64,000 nucleotides of DNA from Amoebidium appalachense (Eukaryota > Protista > Ichthyosporea), in contig CAVNZM010000001.1 in the NCBI GenBank assembly GCA_963693365.1, positions 16,797,840 to 16,861,839 on the forward strand, read 5' to 3'. Shown here one piece after another: positions 14,359-55,891 of the stretch; positions within the stretch are counted from its first letter, which is position 1; each line of letters opens with the position of its first letter. Position numbers and translations under genes: made by a program. The notes under the pieces were generated by a model. The model made no database searches, was not told the DNA's origin, and worked only from the letters and a program-made list of their open reading frames with translations.

Positions 14359-16400
14359 ACACACACACTCTTCTTCTCTGTCTTTTTTTTAAAAATAAAA
14401 AAAATAAAAAGAATAAAAAAAAGCCGAAGGACGTAGGAATAGAAATACACCATGGAAAATTTGGTGCCCTATGTAGAATGGACATAAAAACATCACCGTG
14501 AACAGCACATGCAACAAACATGGCGTTGGGGGTGGGCGAGCATGGGGGGTGGGGAGGCGGGGGGAGCGAGAGAAGGGTGATTGGGTGTAACTGAAGGGGG
14601 GAGGGGGGAGGGTGGGGGGGGGGGGGGGGGGAGGTTGACGGCGTTATGAAGTACAGATTTATCACGGAATAAGATCGTGTAGATCATTCAAAATGAGTAT
14701 GCGACAAAATTAGTGCCCATTCATAAAATAGTGCCCCAGTCATCCACATTACTCGAGTTTCGGCCCATTCACTTTATGAACCCGTAAAATACCCCGCATG
14801 GGGAGAGGAGCAGGAGGTGTTCATGTGCGTAAGTGTGTGTGTGTGTGTGCTGGTGGAGGGGGGGGGGAGGGGGAGGGGGAGGCAGAGCCGGGGGGGGGGG
14901 GGGGAGGGAGGGGGGAAGGGTGTGATTTACCTAATGACGTAGCCATCTGCAGCAGCCACGGACCTGACCATGCCCGTGTGGCCCTGCAGCACGTGCACAC
15001 ACCTGCCCTCCAGGTCCCACACCCTCACCGTGCAGTCGTCACTCCCCGTCACCACATACTCATCCGTAGAGTCAACACACCAGATAGGCGCGGTGTGTCC
15101 GCTCAGTGGCAGGGTTTTTGAATCAGGCAAGTACGCGCGTTCAATGCAGGAAGTGTCTGAAATTTCGTCCGTCTCCCCCCATGTCCCCCAATACCCACCA
15201 TTACCGCTACCCTGGCGCCCACCCGGAAGCGGCAAGCAGAAGTAGTCGAACTCGGTTTCCACACGTGTCTTTTCTTCGGGGTCTATATTGTCCCCATCTT
15301 CGTCCTCGAAACATTGAGGATACTTTCCCGTGCGCAAAAAATGCAAAACATAGGCAAACGCCTCTGGGTCTCTATCAAGGAAAATTCGTCCCTCCTGGTC
15401 GGCAAATAACCTGTGGCGGCCGCTAAACATTGCACAAAGCATAGAGTTTGGCACGGAACAAAGCGTAGAGCGTGTGGTTTCATATTTTGCACCGCCAACG
15501 TTGAGGCGTATGACGTCTGATGCCTTGGCATTGCGTTCGGCTACCAATGTTGCCTCACGTGCAAACTGGGCCCTGCATGTGTGGCTAGGTGTGAGTGTGT
15601 GCACATGGTATATGTGCAAGATACATATGCATGTGTTTGCGCATGTGCGTGTCTCTGCGTCGTGAACATGTGTGACATGTGTGTGCTTGAGTGCGCAAGG
15701 GGGCGGCGGCGGGGGGGGGGGGGGGAAGAAAATCCTCTGTTTGATGACCCCCCACCCCCTCCCCCTCCTTTTCCCTTCTCCCTTTTCCTCCTCTCTTTCA
15801 CCCTCGCAGGCAGAGCACCGTCTTCCCCGGCCACACATCTTACTCAAGCACAGTGCCTACCCAACTCGAAACAGCAACACCACCCCAAGGCGCCAAACAG
15901 TATGCTCCTATAGGTGCTGAAGTATGATATTCTTTCTGCATGTCTGCATTTACTCAACAACGATTTTTGTGTGCAAACAATTATCTTGACTGCTGTAGAT
16001 GTCCCGATGAGTCTGGCAGAAGGATCAAACCTTGCAAACCATACCGTGATTGCACACAACTCTGCACCAGTGTCCAGGCTCATGTACTCCATAGACACAT
16101 CCTTCTATAAAATGTTAATCGTTTGGATAGGTACACATTTTTCGACAAGGAGCCCAAGAAAAAAGGGTCCCCATACCTCTCTTCTTGGGTACTAAGCTGC
16201 TCCTCCTTCAGTCGCTGTTTTGCCTCCCAAAAAACGAGCTTTTCCTCTCTCAACCCCTCATAGAGTCTTTTCACTCTCTCCTCAGCGGACGTTAAAGATT
16301 CCTTCACGACAGCTATTGCTTGGGACAGCTCAGTCAACTTTTGAAATTCCACACGAAGCAAGCAGTCTTCTGCCGCTTGATAGACGCTAACCTCCTCCAT
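11610..16400 (-). CDS. Coiled-coil + KCTD-type BTB/POZ + ~7 WD40 repeat protein (~523 aa), putative Cullin-3 adaptor
   Basis: Exons (minus): 16400-16177, 15572-14931, 14108-13965, 13133-12957, 11994-11610; phases consistent. BTB: VIRLNVGGAKYETTRSTL..PNSMLCAMFSGR..IFLDRDPEAFAYVLHFLRTG. WD40: LSGHTAPIWCV..VVTGSDDCTVRVWD, LQGHTGMVRSV..SGSWDTTARVW, LSGHRDVVSAV..CSWDRTVRVWD. Confidence 0.88.
12294..12405 (-). mobile_element. Intronic dispersed repeat family A, diverged subtype copy
   Basis: Shares aagcagagcccatcctca terminus and caacacaatgcag..caaaccacacataaag core with the other copies. Confidence 0.6.
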
Positions 16401-16844
16401 GTTTGAGGTTGATGGAGGCAGCCAGAAAGGGGATCCAAGGCGTTAAGGTATGTTACTGATGTTAGGTATTGCAAGATTCGGATTACAGAAAAAGAGTCAC
16501 GAACCTTTCATCCCGTGGAAGAAACTACTGCCACTTTCACATGTGCGTGGATAAGTATGCTTGGGTGCTAAATATTGCCCAAGAGTTTCGCGCTTCAAAC
16601 AGTGTATTCACCAGCATGCATCAGCGCATAATCAAGATTGGTTTCAACCATCAACACCTCGAATCTTGCTTTTTCTCAAAATATCAAACAACATCAAAGG
16701 TAACACTTCTTTCACCAACCATCACCATATGAAATAAATGCATATGCATAGACAGGTGAAAACGAAAGTGTGTCGACAGAGTCCCGTTTCAAAGCGAACG
16801 ACAGCACTTTGACAAAGCTGCCAAAGAGAACAACTTGGAAAAAT

Positions 16845-17280
16845 GAGCCACGACGGCGGCTCTTGGGATTTCGACCTTGGCGGGCTTACCATAAATGGTT
16901 CATTTAGAGGGTTAGTGATTCGCTACTAATAACCGAAAAGCAGTGCGGAGCCACGGTCCAAGTACCAGCAGTGAGCCACGGTCCACCGCTCATTCACTGA
17001 CATTCAGCCTGGTTTGATCAGCGGACTTGTGCGATAGCTATCATTCTGTCGCAATTTGCACAAACACAACTGCATGGTACTCAAAACAAAAGAAAGAAAT
17101 TTTTTTTAACAAGAGAGATGACGCTGATTTGATATATTTGTTCGAGGTCTTGATTATACACCAATTAAGATATCAGTCTATGTTGGCCAATCAAGCATCG
17201 CATACGAAATGAGGAAACCAATCACAATTTTCAAATCCCACCGACTGGCACTTCGCAAATGTGATAATTACCCAATCATA
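16845..17280. promoter_or_regulatory. Putative promoter region upstream of the BTB-WD40 gene (CArG box, CCAAT cluster)
   Basis: CCATAAATGG (CC(A/T)6GG) at 16889-16898; gagccacggtcca twice (~16948, ~16973); CCAAT at 17161, 17187, 17218, 17272; no simple repeats. Confidence 0.4.
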
Positions 17281-17369
17281 TATCACGGCCAGGGCTGGCT
17301 TTCTAGCTTTCACCAGCAACAGAGTCTACAAATAGAAAGCCTAGGGGCATGGAGCGTCGTGTTCTAGAT

Positions 17370-17417
<48 letters not shown>

Positions 17418-18293
17418 AGCTCCGGACCTCCCCCGGGCCGTGCACGCTCACACCTGCTCACACCGGGCACACGCACACGCACACGCGTACGCGTACCACC
17501 ACCAGGAACATACGTGTTTACACGTCTCGAAGTGAGTTGCAAGCAAAATTGTACAGGAAACACTGGCTGTTGGCCTGCAGGGGCCGCCACGTGGGTGCAT
17601 ATGGTGTTGGCTCAGATGCCGGCTCGGGGCCGGGTGGTGCACCGGCCAGTTTCAATTGCAATGCAATGGGGTGTCAACAGTTCCAAAGTGGTCGGGGGGT
17701 GGGAGGGGGGGGGGACTGTTACGGTACCGGGCCACCACTGAATTCAACCACCACCACCAGGGTGCACACGTGCACCACCGTCCACCACGCGCATGCATAG
17801 GCCGATGCACTTGCAACTTTCGAAGACTACGGGCCCCAGCTGCAGAATAATCACGAGTCATGTGGCCATTCACGATCGAGTGGTACCGGTCACAATATCC
17901 AATTCGATGATATCTAGCTAGCGTGCCTCTACCACAATATATTAAGTCATGTTTCTTTCGTGCATAATGGTGTGTCATAATAAGTGAAACCCCAATACAA
18001 AGCCAAAGCTGACCCTGAGTCAAGTGATTCCCCATAATAAACGGACCCCCCCCCCCCCCAAAAAAAAAAAAAAAAAAAAAAGGAAGGAAGAAATTGCCGT
18101 CGCGGCTGATACAAAAGAATCACCCCCTCACCTACCCATGTCATACTCAGTGATGGACCTGCACTCTCTATGCCAGAAGATACCAAAAGCCTCGGTTTAT
18201 CCACTACTGTTCCACCTTTCCCCCATTCACCATCAACCACCAAGAAAGACACCGTTTTAATTCTACCAGTACTTCACTCCTCCACACACATGC

Positions 18294-31391
<13,098 letters not shown>

Positions 31392-32012
31392 CCTCGCGGA
31401 CTATGAAATGATAACACTTAGATTTTCTTTTATACTATTTCCATAACTTTGAAAAAAAACAAGATAGCACTTGGGTAATGCACCCCGAAGTCCAAAGAGT
31501 GTACACCTAAACTTTCTTGACAGGAATATTAACAAACACAAGGCCTCTTTGGTGCTGTCAGCCTGTTAGCACTTTCCTCTCAACTTACGTCTTCTATGCG
31601 CCGCGTTCAATGGGCAACGCAAAAAACTGCACACCTGTTACCAACGTAATAAACAAGCAAACATGACCTATTTAGTTGCGCTGTTTCAGTTCGCTGCTTC
31701 ACGTTGCCAGTTGAAGTGGCAGCCCAGTGAGCCGCATGCATCCATGCCTACTAGAGCTTCTTTGACGTCATAAACTCTATATACTATGAAGTGTCCGACA
31801 GAAGAACCCAAAAATGACGTCAATGTTTGCGCATACATTCACATGTACATACAAGTGCGTAGCAAAAGCTGCAGGTACATAGTTAGGAAGTCATTATATT
31901 ATGGGCAAGGCATAGACAATAGATGCTGCTTAGCAAAGAGGTATAGTGTTTTGTTCATGTTAGTACAGAAGCCAAATACAAACTCAGAGTCCACTGAGTG
32001 TGGAGTGGCAGC
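31392..32012. promoter_or_regulatory. Bidirectional promoter between RPUSD4-like and POLR3E
   Basis: Head-to-head starts ~620 bp apart; no simple repeats; CRE-like TGACGTCA at ~31763 and ~31815. Confidence 0.55.
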
Positions 32013-48548
<16,536 letters not shown>

Positions 48549-49149
48549 TGAATGAAGGTCGAAGGATATGTGCATGGTCGAAGATGGGGGGGGGGGGGGG
48601 GGGGGGGGGGAAGAAAGAGGGGGCAGGGGGAGGGGAGGGTGGGAGACGGGGAGGGGGGACGTTATTTCGTATTAGCACCGGGATGACCTTGGTTAGTCTA
48701 CAGACACAGTAGATTGCACACAGTGAAATGCACACACTGAACATGGCACTCCAGTGCAACCGAACCTACATGTGCATACTTCATTTGCACACACCAATGT
48801 ACGAAAAGTGTGTAGGCATGAAAATCAGTGATGTGCATACGGGACACTACGTATGAAGGTGGTGAAGTATTGTAAGACATGCATGTATGGTTAGAGATTC
48901 GATATTGTGAATGCTGCAAGCGAATGAGCCGAAACAGATGATGAATAAGGTCCCAAGCGAACTTGGCAGTCATTGGCCACTGAAACACTTTTTCCATTAT
49001 TGTCTGGCTTTGGGAAGACATGCATTCTTTTGGTCTTCGTTTGTTGCGATGTCTGTGTTTGATTTGTGTTTGCACCCGCAGGTGTGTGTGTTGTGTGCAG
49101 TTGTGTGCGTGCGTGTGCATGTGTGTGTGCGTGTGTGTGTGCATGTGCA

Positions 49150-49219
<70 letters not shown>

Positions 49220-49326
49220 AGCGCGCATGCATGTGTGTGTGGGTGTGTGTGTGCCCGTGCGCGTGCGTGTGTGTGCTTGTGGGGTAGGGGGGGGGGGGGG
49301 GGGGGGGGGGGGGTTCGTAAGAATTC

Positions 49327-49376
<50 letters not shown>

Positions 49377-49759
49377 TGTGGGTGGGTGGGTGGGTGGGTG
49401 GGTGGGTGGGTGGATGGGTGGGTGAGTGAGTGGGTGGGTGGGTGGATGTGTGTGTGTGCGCGCTGTGAATATATGTGCGTGTGCATGTGCAGGGGTACCC
49501 GCGCACGTGTGTGCATATCCATGTGCACACGTGTGCGCGCGTGTGTGTATGGGCGGTGTGTGTATACATAGCCATGTCTGCGTGTGCGGGTGTACCCGTG
49601 CACGTGTGTGTGTGTGCGTGTCCCCTGTGCAGTGTGTGTATGTGTACATATATATGTGTGTTGCATGCGCGGTCGTGTGTGTATATGTGTGTATGCACTC
49701 GTGGGCTCCTTGCATTTGTTTTTTTGTTTTCCTCTTTTTTTTTTTGGCGGGGGGAGAGA

Positions 49760-49801
<42 letters not shown>

Positions 49802-50526
49802 CTCGCTTGCTTAAAAGGTGTTATGACCCTCTCAGTCCGTTATGTGATTTATTTTTCGATTCTGCCCCGGCCGGTTGTTAAACAATAAAAAACTACACCA
49901 ACGTGCAACGAGCATTATAATACGGTAACCACCAAGTACATAATCAAAGCTTCTACTAATTGGCAGCTAAGATGATAAAAATAATAGCAACGAGAGCAAC
50001 ATTCGACCTACGAAAATTAGATCTGATTGGGATGGAACGTTCATTCGATTGCATCAGGGTTGCAAACTGGACGGACCATAGTGACTGCCGGTACTTGTAC
50101 TCTCGTACTACGCCATCTTGGTGGGTGTAAATATGTTTGTATGTATAATTGTCTGTGTGCGTTGCCATACGTGTGAGGGTTTGTAAAATTGGGACTTGCA
50201 GGTGTTGTGGTGTGCATTATGTATATGTACATTACAACGAAAATTTCGGAAAGCAAGACACTCCATGTCTTCAAATCTAGTACGTATACAACTGTTACAA
50301 GGGTGTTTAGTGGGTGATTGACTAACGTAAACCCTGGATTTATATTTAGGAATGGTTCTGTGTACTCGGCATTTTTCCGAGGGTTCGGTAATTTTCGGGT
50401 TGAGTGCGGGATCCTCTCTAAATATCCTTAAATATAGGGAGATTTTCATGCTCTCCTGTGAGTCACCCCGGCTGGGCTGCTTCACTTGCAGGTACAGAAA
50501 GAGATTTTCGTATGTCTGAGGGGGGC

Positions 50527-52236
50527 CTATGAACCGGCATGCAGAAACGAGAATATTCCGCGCTTCTTTTTCTTCGCCTCACCCTGCAGCAGCGACTTCA
50601 GCTTTTTGTAGTGGTCGCTCTCTTTGGCCAGATCCATTGCAGTTTTTCCCTCGCTGTCCCTGTGTGGGTTCCACAGGTGTTTAGTGGAGTGTGTATGTGC
50701 ATAGGTTTTTTTTTTTTTTTTTTTTTTTTTGGGGGGGGGGGGGGGAGGGGGAGGGGGTTGTGTTTGCTCCCCCCGAGGAGGAGGGGGAGGGGGGGGGGAG
50801 GGGAGGGGAGGCCAAAAGGGGGGGGGGGGAGGGGGGGAGGGGGGGGGGGGAGGGGGCAGGGGGGGGGGGGGGGGAGGGGGTGGGGGGAGGGAGGGTGTCA
50901 CAAATGTTAACAAAATAAGCAGGCACCACAATCATTTACCTGTGTTCATGCGTGCTACCCCCGGGTGCCCGGAGGAGGGGGGTTTTGGGGGAAGGGGGGA
51001 GGGGGGGGGGAGGGGGGGGGGGGGGGGGGGGTTTCTAAAGTTTATGCGCGCTCACTTAACGCCCACTGGCTGTGATGTTGTGTGGCACGTGTTGATGAAT
51101 CATTGCGCGCTTATATGCACGTGCCGTGAATTTAATTGTAGCCATCGTATGTGTGTGGGTATGCGCACGGTTTTCTGTTGGGCCAGACGATATTTGCGAC
51201 ACCAAGAGTATGGCGTCCTAACTGTGATATATGTGTCTGCATGCTCGCATGTGATCCCATTTTTGTATCATCATGCATGATGCATGTATGAGTGTGCAAT
51301 GCATCCATTACCCCTGAGTGCCAGGCAGTAAAACCCTGCGGTGTGTTTGTGTCAACTTCCACGGACAGAAGTGTGCGTGTAACATAGCTATCCGGGATAG
51401 TTTTACAGCTACATAACGATTGGTGGCATGGGAAGTTCTACATGTGGCCTCGTGTTACTGCACACATTTTAATGTAAGAGCACGTGTATACGTAGCCTGA
51501 TAAAGAATGTGACCAATCCTTGGATTTTTCAGGACTTTGAATAAATATCCGATGATGAATATCAGTCCTGTTTCAAAATGCGGGTTAAATATATCCAGGA
51601 AGAATAAACCGGCGCCCTGAATATGTGCAGGTGACAGTGCGTTCGACTTCACTAATGCTTGTATCTATGCTAAAATATTACTTGCATGCAGCGAGCATCA
51701 CTAAGTTTGAGTTAGCCCGAGGTTAATTAAGTAGGAACGAGGGAGGCCCCTCACCGCCCACATGGTGGTGGTGGTGGTGGTGGTGGGGGGGGGGGGGGGG
51801 GGGGGGGGGGGGAATACTTTAGATCAAGGCTGGCGCCGTTGGCAACCAACACCTGCACACTTTCCATGTGCCCACCTTGCACGGCACCGTGCAGTGCGGT
51901 GGTGCCGGACGTAGTGGCTGCATCCACATCACAACCAGCATGCAGCAGATACTCCAACACCTTGTGGTTGTTGCTCATGGCTGCAAAGTGCACACAAGTC
52001 CTTCCTGCTGCGTCCCGTGCCAATACATTTGCACCCACACTGACCAGATACTCTAGTATGCTTGTCTCTGCCGTACATGTTGCTCTGTGTAGTGGTGTTC
52101 GGTCCTGTGCACCTGCAGCATTTATCTCCTCGGATAAAGTCCCGTCAGCTTGCATTTCTTCGATCAGCGCCCGAAGAGGTCCCAGCTCTGCGCATGCCTT
52201 GTAGGCAGCTTTGTGTAGTTGCGTATCAATAGGCAT
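50527..52236 (-). CDS. Small ankyrin-repeat protein (~183 aa, ~4-5 repeats)
   Basis: Exons 52236-51818 and 50659-50527; TQLHKAAY, DRTPLHRAT, GRTCVHFAA, GTTALHGAV, KDSEGKTAMDLA; basic/hydrophobic tail KKKKRGIFSFLHAGS. Confidence 0.88.
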
Positions 52237-53150
52237 TTTCGGCAAAGGCACCGACGTATATTCAGCAGTAAATCTGTAATGTGTAAATGTGCATTGATAT
52301 TTCCAAAAAGGTTCCAAACTTCTGGCGATTTCGGCATGTACGTACATGTTGTGCACGTGTAGCGTACATCATACCCAGCATGCACATGCCCTGGCCGGTG
52401 CAGCCCCACCGACCTCCCCCGAGCTCCAGTTCAAACGTTCTCAACAGTCATCAACCTCACTCGTCTGAATTAAAGAACACTAGAACAGAACGGCGCATAT
52501 ACTGATGTTTTCCTGGCTTGTTGACTACGATAGTGCAGAAATGTGCACTGGGAACTGTATGGGGAGACTCTTTGAAGTGGAGGCCTATGTGCGCCGCAGG
52601 CCATCGGATCGGTTTTTGTGCCTAGAGCCCGTTTGATTGGAGGACAATCATCAATCAAATTGAATCAAAGAGAAAACAGGCTAACAGGGTTAGTAACACG
52701 GACTGTCAACGTTGACGAGGTCCCTGCTGGTCCCTGTTCCATACACCGTCGCGTGGCAAGTTCAACATGTATGTATGCTTCATAGGCATCCTTCAAGAGC
52801 TTTTCTCTCCAGAAAGTTCGTTTTCTGTATTGCTTGTGTAGTAAGTTGCCCGTTGTGGTAATAGAAAAGCGCACGCACAGCTATCACTTTTCCTACAGCA
52901 TACATTCTGGCAGATGACTATTGGATGATAGCGCACCGACTACATCATTTGTGATTGGTGGGTTAGCAACCAGCACCATGGTCGGCCAGCCGGCCTCTAG
53001 CTGACGCTTATGCTGGTGCTGTACACTCCACACTGTCACCTAAAGTGGCGGGCGTTCGTCATCAGCGACAGGGCCGGCCAACGGGTCTGGTCAAGTTGCT
53101 ACGGCAGGCTATGAGCTGCCTCCTCTCCTCCGCTTCCCCGCTCCGGATCC

Positions 53151-53183
<33 letters not shown>

Positions 53184-53770
53184 CCCCCTCCCTCCTGGCT
53201 CCCCTCTCTTTCCCCTGGCCCCCAGCCCTCCTCTCCTCTCCCCCCAGCCCCCGGCCCCCCTCCCTTCTCCCCCCTCCCCCTCCCCACCCCTCCCTTTCCC
53301 CCTCCCCCCTCCCTCCCTCCCACCCCCCCCCCCCCCCTACACACCCACCCACCCACCCACCCTTCCCGCCCCTTCCCCGCCTGCACAGCAGTACGGTTTA
53401 CCTCCTGCACCTAGCCAATAAATACCAGTCATCATTTGATCAAAATACGTATTTAAATTTGGGGTCATACCAGGTGCCGTGTGACTTCGAGAGCTCAAGA
53501 GGTTGCTGCATAATGCCAGGCCTAGCGATATTGCAAGTTTATATTAGATTAATACTGCCCTCTCTCTCTCTGTCTCTCTTCCCCCCCTCCCCCCCCCTCC
53601 CCCCCCTCTCTCTTTCTCCCCCTCCCCCCTCCCTCCCTCCCCCCCCCCCCCTCCCTCGAGGCTCTCTCTCGCTAGATCTCTTCCTCTCTCTCTCTGTATA
53701 CACGCTAGGTCACACACATACACACACCTTTCGCACCTAACTAGGGTGCTAGTCGGTGCTGTGTGGAAGA

Positions 53771-54044
53771 TGTTACTTCCTATCTATGAGAGTCCCCTGG
53801 CCATGGGGGTCCCTCCGGGAACCAATCGGGATAAAAATTTAAACCTTAATGTGGGACGGACTGTACACCTCCGGCCCGATCACTGTGTGACCGGGAGCGC
53901 TATGCCACATACTTGAGTCGGATGCGGGTATAAAACCCGACGCACCGCTCATTTCTGGCAGATCCTTGCTTTCGCACAGACTGCACGGATCATATAGACA
54001 CCCTTTACTGGTGTGTTCTAGTCTCGTATAGTGACCATCTTACA
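53771..54044 (+). mobile_element. Possible solo LTR or structured non-coding element
   Basis: TGT...ACA ends, internal TATAAAA at 53929, two hairpins (53875-53895, 53915-53950); no matching target-site duplication seen. Confidence 0.25.
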
Positions 54045-54528
54045 TTAAAAACACCCACTTTCTCTCCCTCTCGCTTGTTCTTTCTTCACCCCCTTCCCTC
54101 CCCGCTCCCCCCTCCTCCCCCTTCCCCCCGGCATCCCCCCCCCCCCCCCCCCCCAATCATCCTGCGGCCGGGCCCTCCCTTTCTGCCTCTCTAGATCTGT
54201 CTGCAGCTGACATTCTTCTACCGTAAATCTCACGCTGTTTCTCAGGCTATTGAGCTATCTCTCTCTTATATATTTCTCTCTCGCTCAGTCTCTTTGCGTG
54301 TATGTGAGGACGGCCACTGAAGTAAGTCAGTTGGTCCATTGCATTTTTTGGGGCGGAGGGGAAGAGGGGGGGGGGGGGGGGGGGAGGGGGGGGGGGGGGG
54401 GGAGGGGGGGGGGGGGGGGGGGGGGGGGGAGGGGGGAGGGGGAGAGGGGAGGGAGGCCTACTGTATGGGGAGGCGGGGGGGGGGGGGGAGGGGGGAGGGG
54501 GGGGGGAAGGTCCAATTATGTCGCCGCT

Positions 54529-54565
<37 letters not shown>

Positions 54566-55891
54566 CCCCCACCGCCGCCGCCGCCGCCGGGGGGAGGCCC
54601 ATAACATAGTGCGGACACTAAACAGATAGTGTTGCATCATTGAAGCACACACAACCATGCACGACGACCCGCCACCTCCCACACGGTCCACGCACATGTG
54701 CACTTGCACATATGCATTAACAACCGGCGCGCTTTTCACGGTGCTAGAATGTAACGGCTGGTCAACCTGCTGGTGCAGCAGCTGTAACAGCTGCAGCCGA
54801 CATGACACTGTGACACCGTGTAATGTACAACGAGTAAAACTCAGTCAACACATGTGCACAGTAATACATATCAGGGTGCACACACATGGTGATTATCACA
54901 TTGTGTTACCGTACAGGTGGTTGTATATGCTATGATATGCGTACTCGGATGATTTTGTGTGCACGTCGGTGGGTGTCCACGTGACGCAACCCACTGGCCC
55001 CATTGAGTCCTGGCCAACTATTCCTTTATTCCGCAGAATCAACGGAGATCGGGCAAATCATTACAATATATTACCGCAGTACTAGTCTATGTGCTGTAAC
55101 AGTAGCCATAGTAGTAACTAAGTTACTCTCAGGGCCCACTCTGGCTGACGGCATGATGTCTTTGTGATACAGTAGTCAACGCAAACATTAGGCATGGCCA
55201 TCACGAGCAAACCTCAGGAGTCTGCACTGAAAGACAGAAGTAAAATCAGGTAATTACCTGTATCGGATCGATAGCCCACACCGAAAACTATTTTTTTTTT
55301 TTTAATTGCATCCTAGCCTGTCCCCGCTTGGTACAGGAAGAATTCAGGATAGAAGGGGCCCTTATATTATTCCGAAGTGTATACTAATAATGTTTATCAT
55401 AGTGTAATGTCCTGTGTAAGTCGCATATGATCTCATGAGCCACGATGTTTCATAAAATACTTTGTCACAATGGGCAAGCGCACATTCAAGTCTGCACGGT
55501 TGGTACAGATAGTGTATCTCTCTCAGATCGAGCGGTACAAGCACGTAGCGCCAAAACAAAACGGCGTTGGTGGTGTGCGGCGAGACATTATCATTAAAAC
55601 CCCATAGGGTAATTACTCAATAATTTGGAAGGGGATAAAAGGGGCATAAGCTGGCCACTAGGTCTCTAGTGCATGCACTCGAGCACGGTGTGGCACCAAG
55701 GCCAACCATGCACTCCTTTTAACAACAAGAAAAGACATTGGTTAAAACGAAATACCATTACTGGCCGGCCAGACTATGTAATAAAGCTTCTTTAATTATC
55801 TTCTACATCAACGAACACAATGAAAACCCCTCATGCGGCGGTTCAGAATCAATGTGCCAAAAAAGAATAGATCGTGTTCATGCTATGGCAT

